Translations under genes and position numbers: made by a program
Part shown: piece after piece, positions 35,938 through 46,337 of the stretch
How positions within the stretch are numbered: the stretch's first letter is position 1
How the letters are laid out: each line of letters opens with the position of its first letter
Assembly (NCBI GenBank): GCA_045598885.1
Contig: JAZRVB010000139.1
Location: 14,961 to 78,960, forward strand
DNA from: Bacteroidales bacterium
GTDB taxonomy: Bacteria; Bacteroidota; Bacteroidia; Bacteroidales; UBA3663
Reading direction: 5' to 3'
DNA: 64,000 nt
Notes under the pieces: generated by a model
The model's input: only the letters and a program-made list of their open reading frames with translations
Database searches by the model: none
What the model was told of the DNA's origin: nothing

Positions 35938-38652
35938 TCAGTTATTCAGAAGCAGAATATTCTTCACACCTCCTGCAGTCGGAGTTCCTGCAACGAGCTG
36001 TGGATAAAGGTGTGCATAGCCGATATCATCGACCTCGTATACCATGTGACACTGATGGCTCTCGGGGTAACTGTGGTATTCCGAAGCCAAAGCTACGTTC
36101 ATCTGGTTATACTGGAAGATAGCATAGTTCATAGCCTTCCATGGGGCAAGACCGTAGAACTCCTCCTTCTGCATCCCCTGCAACTTATCGTATGGCACAT
36201 CGTCGCCTATCAGGTTGTCGTTCTTGGCACGAAGGATGTGCTGGCGTGCTCCACGGATATACTCCTGCGGACGATAATCATCTGTTGTTGAGCCTACAGC
36301 ATTGGTTATCTGATTGTAGTTGTGCTGATAGTAGTTGCACATAAACTGGCTCCAACGCAGCTCAGATTTCTTGTTCTGTGGAGCAAAGTAGTTGCTCTGG
36401 CTGCCAGCGGCATAACTTCCGAGCAGAGCTGCCCCCGTGATATTGGCAGAGGCATGCATACAGCCGTACATCGTAAGGTTGTTGGCCGTACCGACAAGTG
36501 CACCGCCGGCATCTCCTTCATGGATGCAGCCTACGACATAGGCCGTACCGAGCAGACTCTCAGCAATCGGCGACCCGGTACAGTCTGCCTTGAGCGAGAT
36601 GCCTACGATGCGCAGATTACGTATGGCGCTGCTTACATAGCCTTCATTTAGCAATGCCAGCTTATGGGTCGACGAGAGCTTCAGGTCGCGTATCTCACCG
36701 TCTTCCATATAGCCGAAGAGATATTGCTGACGCATATTCACATTGCTCAGCAAGTGAGTACCACCATCAAAGAAGCCCTTGAATGGTGTAGTGTTGGAAT
36801 TTCCGATACTTTCCAGCTGCCAGTCATGCAGATCGATGTCCTGCGTCAACTGCACAACGAGGTGAAGATTGACCTGCTCGTCATAGAAACTGACCGGTCC
36901 TCGCACGTAGTCCTCGATAGAATAGGCGGCCTTATCCGAAATCTGTGGATAGTATCGGCGATAGAACACATAACCCTGAGCCACAGCATCCTCACGTGAG
37001 ACCCACACGGTGTCACCTGTCGGTGTAGCAAGGCTTTCCTCTGTTTTAGCTACGTCATACCACCAGTATTTCTTCGTCTCATTATTATCAAGCAAGGCAT
37101 CTGCGTCCGGGTTATCTTCTATACGGGAAGCTCGCTCCAGACCAGAAGTCTTTGTGGCAGCAGTACCGTTTACAAGCGCTATGAATTCCTTGAATTCTTC
37201 GGCTGTCGAAATCTTGAAGATTGGGTTATAGTCCTTACTTTCCTTGGTCTGGGTAATGGACAAATTGATGGCATCCTGCCACCAGCCATAAGGAGTGGTA
37301 TTATTCTCAGCGACCGCTTGGTCAGAGGCATCACCATTCTCCACATCTGCGGTTGACCAGTCGATACCTTCCTCAATCACTGAGACGGTCAGCTGATCAT
37401 ACAGATAACCCACGGTGAAACGATAGCTTGTTCCAGGCAACATCGGCAATCCATTCGGATACAAAGGTGTTCCATCAGCCTTCTTGATGTCACTGAGCGA
37501 GAAGATGTGTTCCTTATATTCATATCCACCGGTGCTAAGGTCGTGGTCTCCATTATTCACATCCCTGAGCTTAATCTTGAAACGGGTCTTCGCTGGAATA
37601 GACAATACTTCGCCCTGAGTAGCCTCGTTGTCACTCATATCATAAGGGATGGTGATCATATAGAGTCGGCCATCTACATTGGAGAATATAGGGCGCTTGA
37701 CGTCCGATGCGATGTATGCTGGCGTTTCTGTGCCATAATCCACGATACCGTCAGCGACAGTCTTCTGCTCGATCAGATTGAACTTGCTCTCGTCTTTCAG
37801 ATTATCATATAGAGTGTTGGTCATGGCACGGAGTGTACCACCCTCAATCTCTACGCCCGCTGGCATACACATACGATTATAGACGGCGTTGATCTCATTG
37901 ACTACTTCCTGAGCCTCGGCCTCTGTCAACTTATCAGCCCGATCATTCTCATGGCTGTCTGCATTGTCATCCCACATATAATCTGCCAGATTGAGGCAGA
38001 TCTCAGCACCGGCAAACTGATTGCCCGCCTTGGCACTGAATCCGATTCGGCTACAGACATGACGCAAAGTGAGAGGAATACCCATGGTAGGACCCGACAC
38101 GGTCACCCAGTCGGCGATGCAGAAGTCCGGATAATAGCTACCTGCACCACCATTGCTCAGACAACCTGCCACATTACTGCGGCTCCAGGCTCGGAAACGT
38201 ACCGTCGTACCATTCTCCCAGGTCAGGGAGTCGGCTGGCGTCTGATCGTAAAACGTACCGCTCTTAGTTTCTGAGTTCCAGTCATCACACTTCTTTCGAG
38301 CGGGATTTACAGCGACCTTCCAGTCGGTACTGAGGTTGATCGACGTACCTGTAGCATAGGTCACATCATACGAATAGGTGCGGAAAGCCTGAAGTGCAGC
38401 CCACGTTCCTGCCGATCCATCCCAATACTGACGATAGATCTGCATGATGTCTCCTTCGTTGAACTCACCATTGTGGTTGTAAGAAGCTCGCGTCTCAGCA
38501 AACGCCTCCGCCATCGATGGATTGAAGTTCACCGCAGTACCCAGCAGAGCCTTCTGCTCCTGAGTCAGTGAAGACTCTTCGAAAAGAGCTTCTTCGGAAC
38601 AGCAGGCCAACAGGGTGGCACACATTATATATAATATATAGTATCGCTTCAT
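35938..38652 (-). CDS. fimbrillin-like lipoprotein with C-terminal GLUG/beta-helix-like domain (904 aa)
   Basis: The ATG at 38652 gives MKRYYILYIMCATLLAC|C. The alternative ATG at 38661 forms an ATGA overlap with the upstream stop. AETRAS motif. LTLRHVCSRIGF strand. PFKGFFDGGTHLLSNV and DAGGALVGTANNLTMYGC. Confidence 0.7.
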   Translation of the reverse strand: MKRYYILYIMCATLLACCSEEALFEESSLTQEQKALLGTAVNFNPSMAEAFAETRASYNHNGEFNEGDIMQIYRQYWDGSAGTWAALQAFRTYSYDVTYATGTSINLSTDWKVAVNPARKKCDDWNSETKSGTFYDQTPADSLTWENGTTVRFRAWSRSNVAGCLSNGGAGSYYPDFCIADWVTVSGPTMGIPLTLRHVCSRIGFSAKAGNQFAGAEICLNLADYMWDDNADSHENDRADKLTEAEAQEVVNEINAVYNRMCMPAGVEIEGGTLRAMTNTLYDNLKDESKFNLIEQKTVADGIVDYGTETPAYIASDVKRPIFSNVDGRLYMITIPYDMSDNEATQGEVLSIPAKTRFKIKLRDVNNGDHDLSTGGYEYKEHIFSLSDIKKADGTPLYPNGLPMLPGTSYRFTVGYLYDQLTVSVIEEGIDWSTADVENGDASDQAVAENNTTPYGWWQDAINLSITQTKESKDYNPIFKISTAEEFKEFIALVNGTAATKTSGLERASRIEDNPDADALLDNNETKKYWWYDVAKTEESLATPTGDTVWVSREDAVAQGYVFYRRYYPQISDKAAYSIEDYVRGPVSFYDEQVNLHLVVQLTQDIDLHDWQLESIGNSNTTPFKGFFDGGTHLLSNVNMRQQYLFGYMEDGEIRDLKLSSTHKLALLNEGYVSSAIRNLRIVGISLKADCTGSPIAESLLGTAYVVGCIHEGDAGGALVGTANNLTMYGCMHASANITGAALLGSYAAGSQSNYFAPQNKKSELRWSQFMCNYYQHNYNQITNAVGSTTDDYRPQEYIRGARQHILRAKNDNLIGDDVPYDKLQGMQKEEFYGLAPWKAMNYAIFQYNQMNVALASEYHSYPESHQCHMVYEVDDIGYAHLYPQLVAGTPTAGGVKNILLLNN

Positions 38653-38657
38653 ACTTA

Positions 38658-41237
38658 TCATTTATATTTTGGCAATGATGGAGTGTGGCTCTTGATCTTC
38701 TCCGAACCTTTCCAGCAATTGTAGATGTAGCCAGAGACCTTAGTCACATCGTACGAGCCATCAGTCTCAAATACCGAAGATGGGAACATGTCTGCACCTG
38801 CGATTCTGGTATTGATCACCTCAGCTCGCCAGCCTGTGAGGGTAACAGGATCGACGTATGGCACAAGGATTCCTTTTTCGGAATGAACATTTGCCTCACC
38901 GATGGCGGCATCATAAGCGCCGTTCAGACCTGCAAAGAGCGTAGAGCTGCCCATGTGGGTTATGGCATCATGATGGATAGGTTTATTCACATACAGTGTG
39001 GGGTTATGCTCGACAAAACTACTCTCATCAATCTTCTCATAAAAACCTCCTTCAAGCATCTGCTCTATCGTTGGTTGAGGATCAGCCAAAACATATTCAT
39101 CATTTTCTTCAACCGCAGGAGATTTAAGCTTCTGCTCTTGCGATAGGGTTTCAAAGACTTCTGCTGAGATCTCTGAGAATCCTTCATCTTCTGCATGTGC
39201 AGCATTATATTCATCAACGGTTGTAAAATAGGTAGCATCAACCGCATCATGATGTACCACAGAATAAAGCTGAGGCATCACATAAGGAATATAAACTTCA
39301 TCTTTGAAGATATAAAGAGAAGATGAATAATCGTCAGTTCCAGCTTCTACATAATTATCTTCATCCCACGCAGGTGTATCAACTACAGGCTCTCCCATAC
39401 CGGTCAGCGTTATCGTATGATCCTGGCCATCGAGGTGACCCGTGAAAACGAAGTCGGCAGGGAGCTGCGATGCATCGATTGTAATATCACTATCCAGAAT
39501 AAAGTAATCGCCATGATGCAAACCTCCGGCACGTGCCTCAGCAAACATCTGGATCCACTTGGTCTGATCTACATACTGCGGATACCATGGCATCACGTCA
39601 TCATCCTGCACTGCATTATCGTCGGTCGCATCATCCTGACCGTAATAATGACCATCGGTCACATTAGGATTCCTACTACCGATGCGATAGGCACGCTGCC
39701 AGCTGCTGCCAGCATACGAGAGCGTATTGCCATTCTGATTATTCACACCATAGTAGCCATCGTCATGGACTTTCTCCTTCCAGACCTCAGCGCCTGAACT
39801 ATTGTAGTCGATAGACTCACGATTGATGCGCAGATAGACGATGGTCTGAAAGTTAGCATCGAGGTCGAACTCAAAGCTCTTGTAGTACTCCAAGCCGTTA
39901 TTCAGCGTGATCTCAAAGTCGATGGTGTTAATCTTCTCGACAAGGTCCTGCTTGCTGGTGCCTGTAAGGTCCTCGTCATACATCACCATCTCCTCGGTCT
40001 TATAGGTTGGGCGAACAATGAGGTCATAGCATGGCACTACGCCATAGACCGTGCGCTTGTAACCAGAATTAGTGTCGGCTACGTCGGCTGCCTTACGCTT
40101 ATCCTCGGCAGAATCGCTACCACCCAGGGCCGTGGTGTAGGCGGTATCCCATTTGGACTTTGCCTCCGCCCAGGCATCGTCATTAGCCGGGAAGATATAA
40201 GTCTTCAGTTCTGTATTATAGAACATGATGAAGTCGGCATTCTTCTCTTCCCCCAGCGAGTTCTTACTACCACTCTCCTCTACAAAATGAGGTATGACCT
40301 TACGCGACTTATCCCATCTCGGGGTAAGTTCGGAGTGGCCACTTGTAGTACCGGCTTTCTGCTCGACGCCGGCTAGCACCTCCACGTTGCAGAAGCGGAT
40401 GGCACTGGTCGAAGCATCTTCTGTCGTGACATCGGTGATACCATCGGCGGCCTTTTTATATCCCTTGATCGTAACACCTGTGCCCATCGTCGGATCGATG
40501 AGAACGTATGCCAGTACACGTGCCAGACGATGACGGAATGGCAGCTTGATACGGCCGACAGTAGCATGGATTGTAGCATCGGCTGGCATACCGAGGTATC
40601 GCTCCAACAAAGTATAGTTAGCGTCGACATCGGTTTTTACGTCCTTACTCTGGTCGATTTTCAGATTTGGGGCTTTTGATGACAACGATCCGTTGACGGT
40701 CTCCTGGGTCTCAGAAGCATCAGAATCGTAGCGCAACTTCTCTGGCACAAATACACCCTGGAAGAAATGCTCACCATTGTCATACCACTTGGCATCAGTG
40801 TCAGTCCCTAGGTATTTGAACGAGTACTCTGCGATCTTCTCGCCATTAGGACCAGTGTAAGACGAATATCTGATATCGTCTGAAGTCATGCCCGTAGCGC
40901 CATCGTTCTTCAGGAGTTGCAGTATCGCCACCTTCTTAGTTTCAGGTTTTCCTTTGGCTCCGTAGGTAATATCCAGTCCTCCGAAGAGTGGACCCAGAAG
41001 CCACTCCACAGTCTCGGCATCTACCGAAGAGTTTGCTGGGGTACCATCGCCATCAGCGCGTGTTGTGAGACCGGCGAGCGAGGTTTCCACCTCGGCATAC
41101 TGGACGCCTCCGATGTGGATGATGCCCGAATCATCAAGAGGCTTGTCCTCTACTACGTATTCGCTCTCAGCACAAGCTGCGAGTAACGATAGCATCGTCA
41201 AAGCCGACAATCCGAATATATTTCTTATGATCTTCAT
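38658..41237 (-). CDS. fimbrillin-like lipoprotein with acidic, GLUG-entry-motif C-terminal region (859 aa)
   Basis: Lipobox SLLAAC|AES. LTTRAD motif. LPFRHRLARVLAYV strand. FVFTGHLDGQDHTITLTG motif. Asp/Glu-rich C-terminal third. Confidence 0.65.
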   Translation of the reverse strand: MKIIRNIFGLSALTMLSLLAACAESEYVVEDKPLDDSGIIHIGGVQYAEVETSLAGLTTRADGDGTPANSSVDAETVEWLLGPLFGGLDITYGAKGKPETKKVAILQLLKNDGATGMTSDDIRYSSYTGPNGEKIAEYSFKYLGTDTDAKWYDNGEHFFQGVFVPEKLRYDSDASETQETVNGSLSSKAPNLKIDQSKDVKTDVDANYTLLERYLGMPADATIHATVGRIKLPFRHRLARVLAYVLIDPTMGTGVTIKGYKKAADGITDVTTEDASTSAIRFCNVEVLAGVEQKAGTTSGHSELTPRWDKSRKVIPHFVEESGSKNSLGEEKNADFIMFYNTELKTYIFPANDDAWAEAKSKWDTAYTTALGGSDSAEDKRKAADVADTNSGYKRTVYGVVPCYDLIVRPTYKTEEMVMYDEDLTGTSKQDLVEKINTIDFEITLNNGLEYYKSFEFDLDANFQTIVYLRINRESIDYNSSGAEVWKEKVHDDGYYGVNNQNGNTLSYAGSSWQRAYRIGSRNPNVTDGHYYGQDDATDDNAVQDDDVMPWYPQYVDQTKWIQMFAEARAGGLHHGDYFILDSDITIDASQLPADFVFTGHLDGQDHTITLTGMGEPVVDTPAWDEDNYVEAGTDDYSSSLYIFKDEVYIPYVMPQLYSVVHHDAVDATYFTTVDEYNAAHAEDEGFSEISAEVFETLSQEQKLKSPAVEENDEYVLADPQPTIEQMLEGGFYEKIDESSFVEHNPTLYVNKPIHHDAITHMGSSTLFAGLNGAYDAAIGEANVHSEKGILVPYVDPVTLTGWRAEVINTRIAGADMFPSSVFETDGSYDVTKVSGYIYNCWKGSEKIKSHTPSLPKYK

Positions 41238-41287
41238 TAATCTTACATTCTTTTATTGTTCCTCACTTTGAGGGAGCCAGTGGGTGA

Positions 41288-44200
41288 TCAATAATTGATG
41301 TCTCGCAATGGCTGCAGAGAGTTCTTCTTACCGATGACCTTCTCTTCGTTCATTCCTGATGCCCAACCCAGCGGAGAAGCACCAGCCGGTGCAGCCCACC
41401 AGTTACCCTGACATTTACCATCCATAGACGTTATCAGGACATCTGGCGCTAGTGGACTCTGATACTTTGAATATCCTATGATACCACCCCACGCAGCATG
41501 AGGCTGCTCGGCAGTAGTCCATGTCAACCAGCTGGCACAGTCAGAGATATTAAGTTCTGGATGAGTTGTACCCTTTATATTCGTACCGCCCACAATGCCT
41601 CCGTAATAGACAGAAGCCGTAGAAGCATTGGCTTCCTCCGTAGCGTTCAAATGGTCGAGCTGATAAGTACATCTCAGTATAGTAGCCTTAGCCGCAGAGC
41701 AGACCAAGCCACCCACAAAGTATGTCTGCTGAGTACCACTCGCTTCTGGCAGAGCGATACGTACATCCACATTGCTCTGGCAGTCCTCAATCGTAGCGCC
41801 ATCGTATGCCCAGACTACCAATCCTCCGCTGGCGGTAGATTGTACATAGGCCCCATTACTTATCTTTACCTTGACGTTACTGATCTTTGCCTTATCGCCC
41901 ACCACAGCGTAAGCCAGTGGAGCGCGGGCAGGCAATTTACCCTGGTCGGTCTCCGCTGTTGCATTTGGCAAAGCCACAATAGGTTTGTCAAGCACCAGTG
42001 TAAGATCGTACAGATAGCTCTGGATATTGCTGAAGAGCATCTGAGCTTGTGTCGTACCGGTCAGTGTAATTGTCTTATTGTTGCAATTCAGTTCGCAGAG
42101 GATGTTGCCGGACACACTTAAATCCAGATCCTGTTTGCCCCAAGTCCAAGTATCTCCATTTACCGTGAAGCTATCAGCGATACGGTAGCGGCAAGTCTTA
42201 TTATTGTACGTTCCATCCGAAACAAGCTTATTAAGCTCCTCTTGTGAGTCAATGACCTGATTATAGAGATCTGCAGTCGGTCTCACATTAGACAGATCGG
42301 AACCATTATGGACAGAATTTCCCGCCGTCGTCGCCCACTCGTTATCATAGATATTCAACTCCTGACCGCCCTTTACATAAAGGATATTCTTGAAACGGTC
42401 TACATCCTGCAAGAGAGTGATGCCATATTCAAAGGTATTGTTCGACAGCTTGCCTTCCGCCTTGCCCGCTATACCTCCGCCTTTAACGTTAGTACCGCCG
42501 TCGATACGCGCATTGACGTTACACTGGTCGATGGTAGGAAGTACAGAGAGGTCAGGAGATAATACACCTTCATCATCTTTCATCGGATGCAGCATCTCGG
42601 CGGCAATGCCACCGATGAGTACCTCTGATCCTCCACCCGGGTTATACACCGGCATCTGCGAAGTGCAAGCATAGATGGTGCCATAGTTGGTAGTCACTAC
42701 ACCGGCACGTGTAGCCTTACGCGCGGTATTACCTGGTCGAACGTTGATGCGGTCTATCATGCCATAGTTCTCGCTGGCAATTGCAGATTCGATAGGCAAA
42801 TCGCCACCCTTGTCAGCAATCATCACTGTACCATTGACAATGCTGCCTGAAGCAGCTATCTTATCAAAAAGGCGATTATCAGTGGTAACGGTAGCACCAG
42901 CTAGCTTAAGCGTAGCCTTCAGTTCATAATCCGAAGGATCCCAACCGGAACCGGCTCCAGGAATCGGATCTCCCTTTTTTACTGCGGTATATCCAGGTTC
43001 ATACGTTGTCACATAGCCGGTTTCACCGGGTTTCTTGCCAGCACTATCTGTCACAAGATGTTTGTCATTCTCCAATTTTGCAGTTTCTTCAGTATAGACA
43101 GCATCTATCAGATTGAAGCTGAGAGGCATGATTACTCCCACATTACCTGCCTTATTCTTCTCCGGATTGGTCAGGAACTCTATCAGTTCTGTTTTGTTGT
43201 TGATAGGCATAGGGTCACTGGCCTGACCGAAATCGTCACAGATGGAACTGAATGGCCAGTCCTCCCAATCCACGACATAAGCGGTGATCAGGATCTTTCG
43301 GGTATCTGTGCTGAGTACAACTTCAAGAATGAGGTGCTTGCCCGGAGTCAGGTTATAACGGGCCTTCACTTCATTATTCTCGGCATCAGGTTCTGAAGAA
43401 TAACTCCTATCGTTGGAAGCATAGAACGAAAACTTCAGACCGGAGAGGTTAATCGCAAGGATTTTCTGTTCGGTCATATTTTCTCCCTCAGCATAGTTGT
43501 GAGGATTGACTATCGCATCATAGCATACCGTCTTTACATCTTCTTCGGGGAGAGCATCTGGAGTGTGGTACTCGCAAGTATAACTACCGAGCAGAGGGCT
43601 GATGACAGTCCGGTTATTCTCTGCATCATAGCTATAGATCTCCGTGATGATATTGTGCGGATTGAGCTCCGGATCGTAGGCAATCTGATTTCGTTCTACA
43701 CCCTCACCAGCCTTCAGTCTGACGGTGATACGCGAACGTCGGTGCTGCATATAGAGCGGAATCTTCTTCCAGAATGCTACACACTCCTCAGTAGTCGCGT
43801 CTGCCTTAGGGGCTCCCAGAGCCTTGTTGGCAGCATACCACTCCTTGGCAGTAAGGTAGTTGAAGTCATCGAGCTTTCGGATGGCGCCTCCTTCGCCATC
43901 GTTCAACGCAGCATCCCATCCTGGCACATAGCCATATCCCTCGATAAGATCCTGTCTAAAGACTTTTTTCTTCGTGGTCTGGTCGGTCTCAATGCTTGAC
44001 GACGAGTTGCTCGATATGGCATGAAAGCCATACTTTTTCACATTACTTGGCCAGAAGAGCGTGTTGCCGGCTTCGGTCAGAATACCAAATTCGTCGTAAG
44101 TCGTTACGTCGCCGACCTTATTCTTTGTCGGATTGTACGTAGCCGAGGCAATCTTCACGGCATCGCCCTCACCTTTCTCCCACATATCAATATCGAAGAC

Positions 44201-44416
44201 GTAATCGTCACTTACATGCTCAAAGCGACTGATCAGCTCATCGTAGTCATCCTTCGCAGATCTCGTAGCTACCTGCGGCACGTAGGCAGCAAACTGCACC
44301 TCATCACCCTGGCCGATAATGTCATCTGGCTCGTCGATGATGAAGTCAGTCCTGTCGCTACATGCCTGCAGCACAGCCAACGTCAAGAGATATAATAGGT
44401 ATCTGAATTTATTCAT
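41288..44416 (-). CDS. fimbrillin-like lipoprotein with large GLUG-repeat C-terminal region (1042 aa)
   Basis: The ATG at 44416 gives MNKFRYLLYLLTLAVLQAC|SD and an 8-bp overlap with the upstream gene. VATRSA motif. LYMQHRRSRITVRL strand. YVVDWEDW marks the module end. Repeated GG[LI][VAI]G motifs: SGGLVVW, VGGLVCS, YGGIVGG, WGGIIGY. Confidence 0.7.
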   Translation of the reverse strand: MNKFRYLLYLLTLAVLQACSDRTDFIIDEPDDIIGQGDEVQFAAYVPQVATRSAKDDYDELISRFEHVSDDYVFDIDMWEKGEGDAVKIASATYNPTKNKVGDVTTYDEFGILTEAGNTLFWPSNVKKYGFHAISSNSSSSIETDQTTKKKVFRQDLIEGYGYVPGWDAALNDGEGGAIRKLDDFNYLTAKEWYAANKALGAPKADATTEECVAFWKKIPLYMQHRRSRITVRLKAGEGVERNQIAYDPELNPHNIITEIYSYDAENNRTVISPLLGSYTCEYHTPDALPEEDVKTVCYDAIVNPHNYAEGENMTEQKILAINLSGLKFSFYASNDRSYSSEPDAENNEVKARYNLTPGKHLILEVVLSTDTRKILITAYVVDWEDWPFSSICDDFGQASDPMPINNKTELIEFLTNPEKNKAGNVGVIMPLSFNLIDAVYTEETAKLENDKHLVTDSAGKKPGETGYVTTYEPGYTAVKKGDPIPGAGSGWDPSDYELKATLKLAGATVTTDNRLFDKIAASGSIVNGTVMIADKGGDLPIESAIASENYGMIDRINVRPGNTARKATRAGVVTTNYGTIYACTSQMPVYNPGGGSEVLIGGIAAEMLHPMKDDEGVLSPDLSVLPTIDQCNVNARIDGGTNVKGGGIAGKAEGKLSNNTFEYGITLLQDVDRFKNILYVKGGQELNIYDNEWATTAGNSVHNGSDLSNVRPTADLYNQVIDSQEELNKLVSDGTYNNKTCRYRIADSFTVNGDTWTWGKQDLDLSVSGNILCELNCNNKTITLTGTTQAQMLFSNIQSYLYDLTLVLDKPIVALPNATAETDQGKLPARAPLAYAVVGDKAKISNVKVKISNGAYVQSTASGGLVVWAYDGATIEDCQSNVDVRIALPEASGTQQTYFVGGLVCSAAKATILRCTYQLDHLNATEEANASTASVYYGGIVGGTNIKGTTHPELNISDCASWLTWTTAEQPHAAWGGIIGYSKYQSPLAPDVLITSMDGKCQGNWWAAPAGASPLGWASGMNEEKVIGKKNSLQPLRDINY

Positions 44417-46286
44417 TTTTGATCGTTCCACTTGTTCCGTAATCCAGTTCGTCATCGGTCATCCAGCCGTCAATCGTAGCTCGGATAAAGGCGATGGTAC
44501 CACGGCGCAATTCAAAGTCATACATATAGCGATAACCGCTGCGCAGATTTACCAGCGAGTTGCCACGATCGTCCACCGTGATCTTATAGGTTGCCACATG
44601 CTTTACACCTTCTTCTTCGATATTGCCCTCGCTGTCCTTATAGTCTTCCTCTTTCCAGGTGATACGGATGGCTTGCAACTGACCGAAAGCAATGGCATTG
44701 AAGGACTTCAGAGAGGATGAAGGCTTCTCATTGTCTGCCATTTCGAACATATTGAATGAAGTACCATACTGGTTCTTCTTCAACTGTTCTTCAGTATATT
44801 CGCTGATCACCACAGGGTCGTATGACGGAGGAATCTGCGTGCCATCCGGATTGATATTGGTGAATACATAACCCTTTTTCGACACACCCAGAAGCTCCAC
44901 ACTTACGATATTGCCCGCCTTAATCTCAGCAGTATTTTCAGCGTTGGTCAGGTTCACCTGTATCTGCGAGAACTGATGCTTGAAGTAGAGGCGCACTCGG
45001 TTGGCCTCCTGGGTAGCACCCGTCGGCTTCATCTTAGTGAGTGCGATAAGCGGATCAGGCTGTTGAGACATGCTCGTCTTATCACCTCGCGTCAGGTTGA
45101 AGGTGTTGGCGGGAGCGGTAGCAAAGATGTCTTCTACCGAAAGTTTTGTATGACGGCTGAAAATAACTGCATTTGCCAGGTTCAGACTACCGTCGGCATC
45201 AAAGGCGGCATCGCTACTACTGTCAAACGACAACTCCCATCTCTCATCTCGGAATTTTTCACCCGCATTCTCCGTAGGGGTTGATGGTTCTGTACGCTGC
45301 AAATCTGTAGAGAAAGCCGTCTTCTGTTCGTCTGTCAGACAATCGGCCTCAGCGACAAGCGAGAGTATCTTTTCCCGTGTTATCTGCTTCATCTCATCGG
45401 AGATATTATAGCCATAAGGGCTGGTCAGATACTGGCTAACGCCTGTCAATCCAGGATATGTTGTCACCTGATCCACACTTTTAAGCCCCAGGGCTTCGAT
45501 GGTCTCTGGCACTGAGTATGGTTCGGGCTTCGCAACATTAAATGGGTCCTCCGACACATCATGCACAGCCTCCCAAGCGGACTTATCGGCTTCCCATTGA
45601 GTAATGGCAGCATCCCTCTCAGCCTTGGCGGATGCATCATAATCCGGATTGGCTTTAGGAATCATGCCAAACACGAGTTTCCTATAGTTTACGGTATTCC
45701 AGTTTTCTTCGGTGCCTACCTTGGTTTTCTTCACGCCGTCCGACTCCGGGTACATAAACAGCTTACCCTGTTCTGTGCCATAGGTATTGGTCTTCAGTTT
45801 ATTGTAGTCTGTGAAAGCCAGGAATACATGGTCGAGACGGTTACGCCAGTAGAAATATTGGGCTCGCGAGTCGAAGCCATAATCCAGGTAGTCCTGATGG
45901 CTCTCATTGACACCCGTCATATTAAAGTCTTTCTGCCAATACACAGAGTTACCCTCCAAGTCATTGACACGAAGCCACGAAGTGATAGGCGTTGAGATCG
46001 TATCGAAAGGACTGGCATCCGTGTCGGTAGCCTTGGCATGATAGAACATCTTGCACACGAAGCGTCCTTCCTTCTCCATATAAGGGATGACGTTAGCTCG
46101 GGTGGTGATATTACCGGCATTGCCCGACGAGAACAGTACCAGCTCGCCGATTCCCTTGTCCTGATTCAGTGGGTTCTCAGTCCCCGTCTGATCATTACCA
46201 AGTTCATCAGTACATGCCACCACAGCCGTCAGACACAGCATCAGCAGTGAAAGCCTATATATATTATATAATGTACGCGTAATCAC
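44409..46286 (-). CDS. fimbrillin-like lipoprotein (625 aa, GTG start)
   Basis: GTG start; no upstream ATG in frame. Signal LTAVVAC|TDE. ITTRAN motif. LYFKHQFSQIQVNL strand. ATIDGW near the C-terminus. Confidence 0.65.
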   Translation of the reverse strand: MITRTLYNIYRLSLLMLCLTAVVACTDELGNDQTGTENPLNQDKGIGELVLFSSGNAGNITTRANVIPYMEKEGRFVCKMFYHAKATDTDASPFDTISTPITSWLRVNDLEGNSVYWQKDFNMTGVNESHQDYLDYGFDSRAQYFYWRNRLDHVFLAFTDYNKLKTNTYGTEQGKLFMYPESDGVKKTKVGTEENWNTVNYRKLVFGMIPKANPDYDASAKAERDAAITQWEADKSAWEAVHDVSEDPFNVAKPEPYSVPETIEALGLKSVDQVTTYPGLTGVSQYLTSPYGYNISDEMKQITREKILSLVAEADCLTDEQKTAFSTDLQRTEPSTPTENAGEKFRDERWELSFDSSSDAAFDADGSLNLANAVIFSRHTKLSVEDIFATAPANTFNLTRGDKTSMSQQPDPLIALTKMKPTGATQEANRVRLYFKHQFSQIQVNLTNAENTAEIKAGNIVSVELLGVSKKGYVFTNINPDGTQIPPSYDPVVISEYTEEQLKKNQYGTSFNMFEMADNEKPSSSLKSFNAIAFGQLQAIRITWKEEDYKDSEGNIEEEGVKHVATYKITVDDRGNSLVNLRSGYRYMYDFELRRGTIAFIRATIDGWMTDDELDYGTSGTIKNE

Positions 46287-46287
46287 G

Positions 46288-46324
46288 AACTCTTTAACTT
46301 TTTAACTCTTTAACTTTTTAACTT
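46288..46324. repeat. tandem 16-bp repeat (AACTCTTTAACTTTTT x2.3)
   Basis: Perfect units at 46288-46303 and 46304-46319, plus a partial unit at 46320-46324. It lies directly 5' of the GTG start at 46286 on the coding (minus) strand and fills most of the 51-bp spacer. Confidence 0.85.
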
Positions 46325-46337
46325 CGTGCCTGCACGA

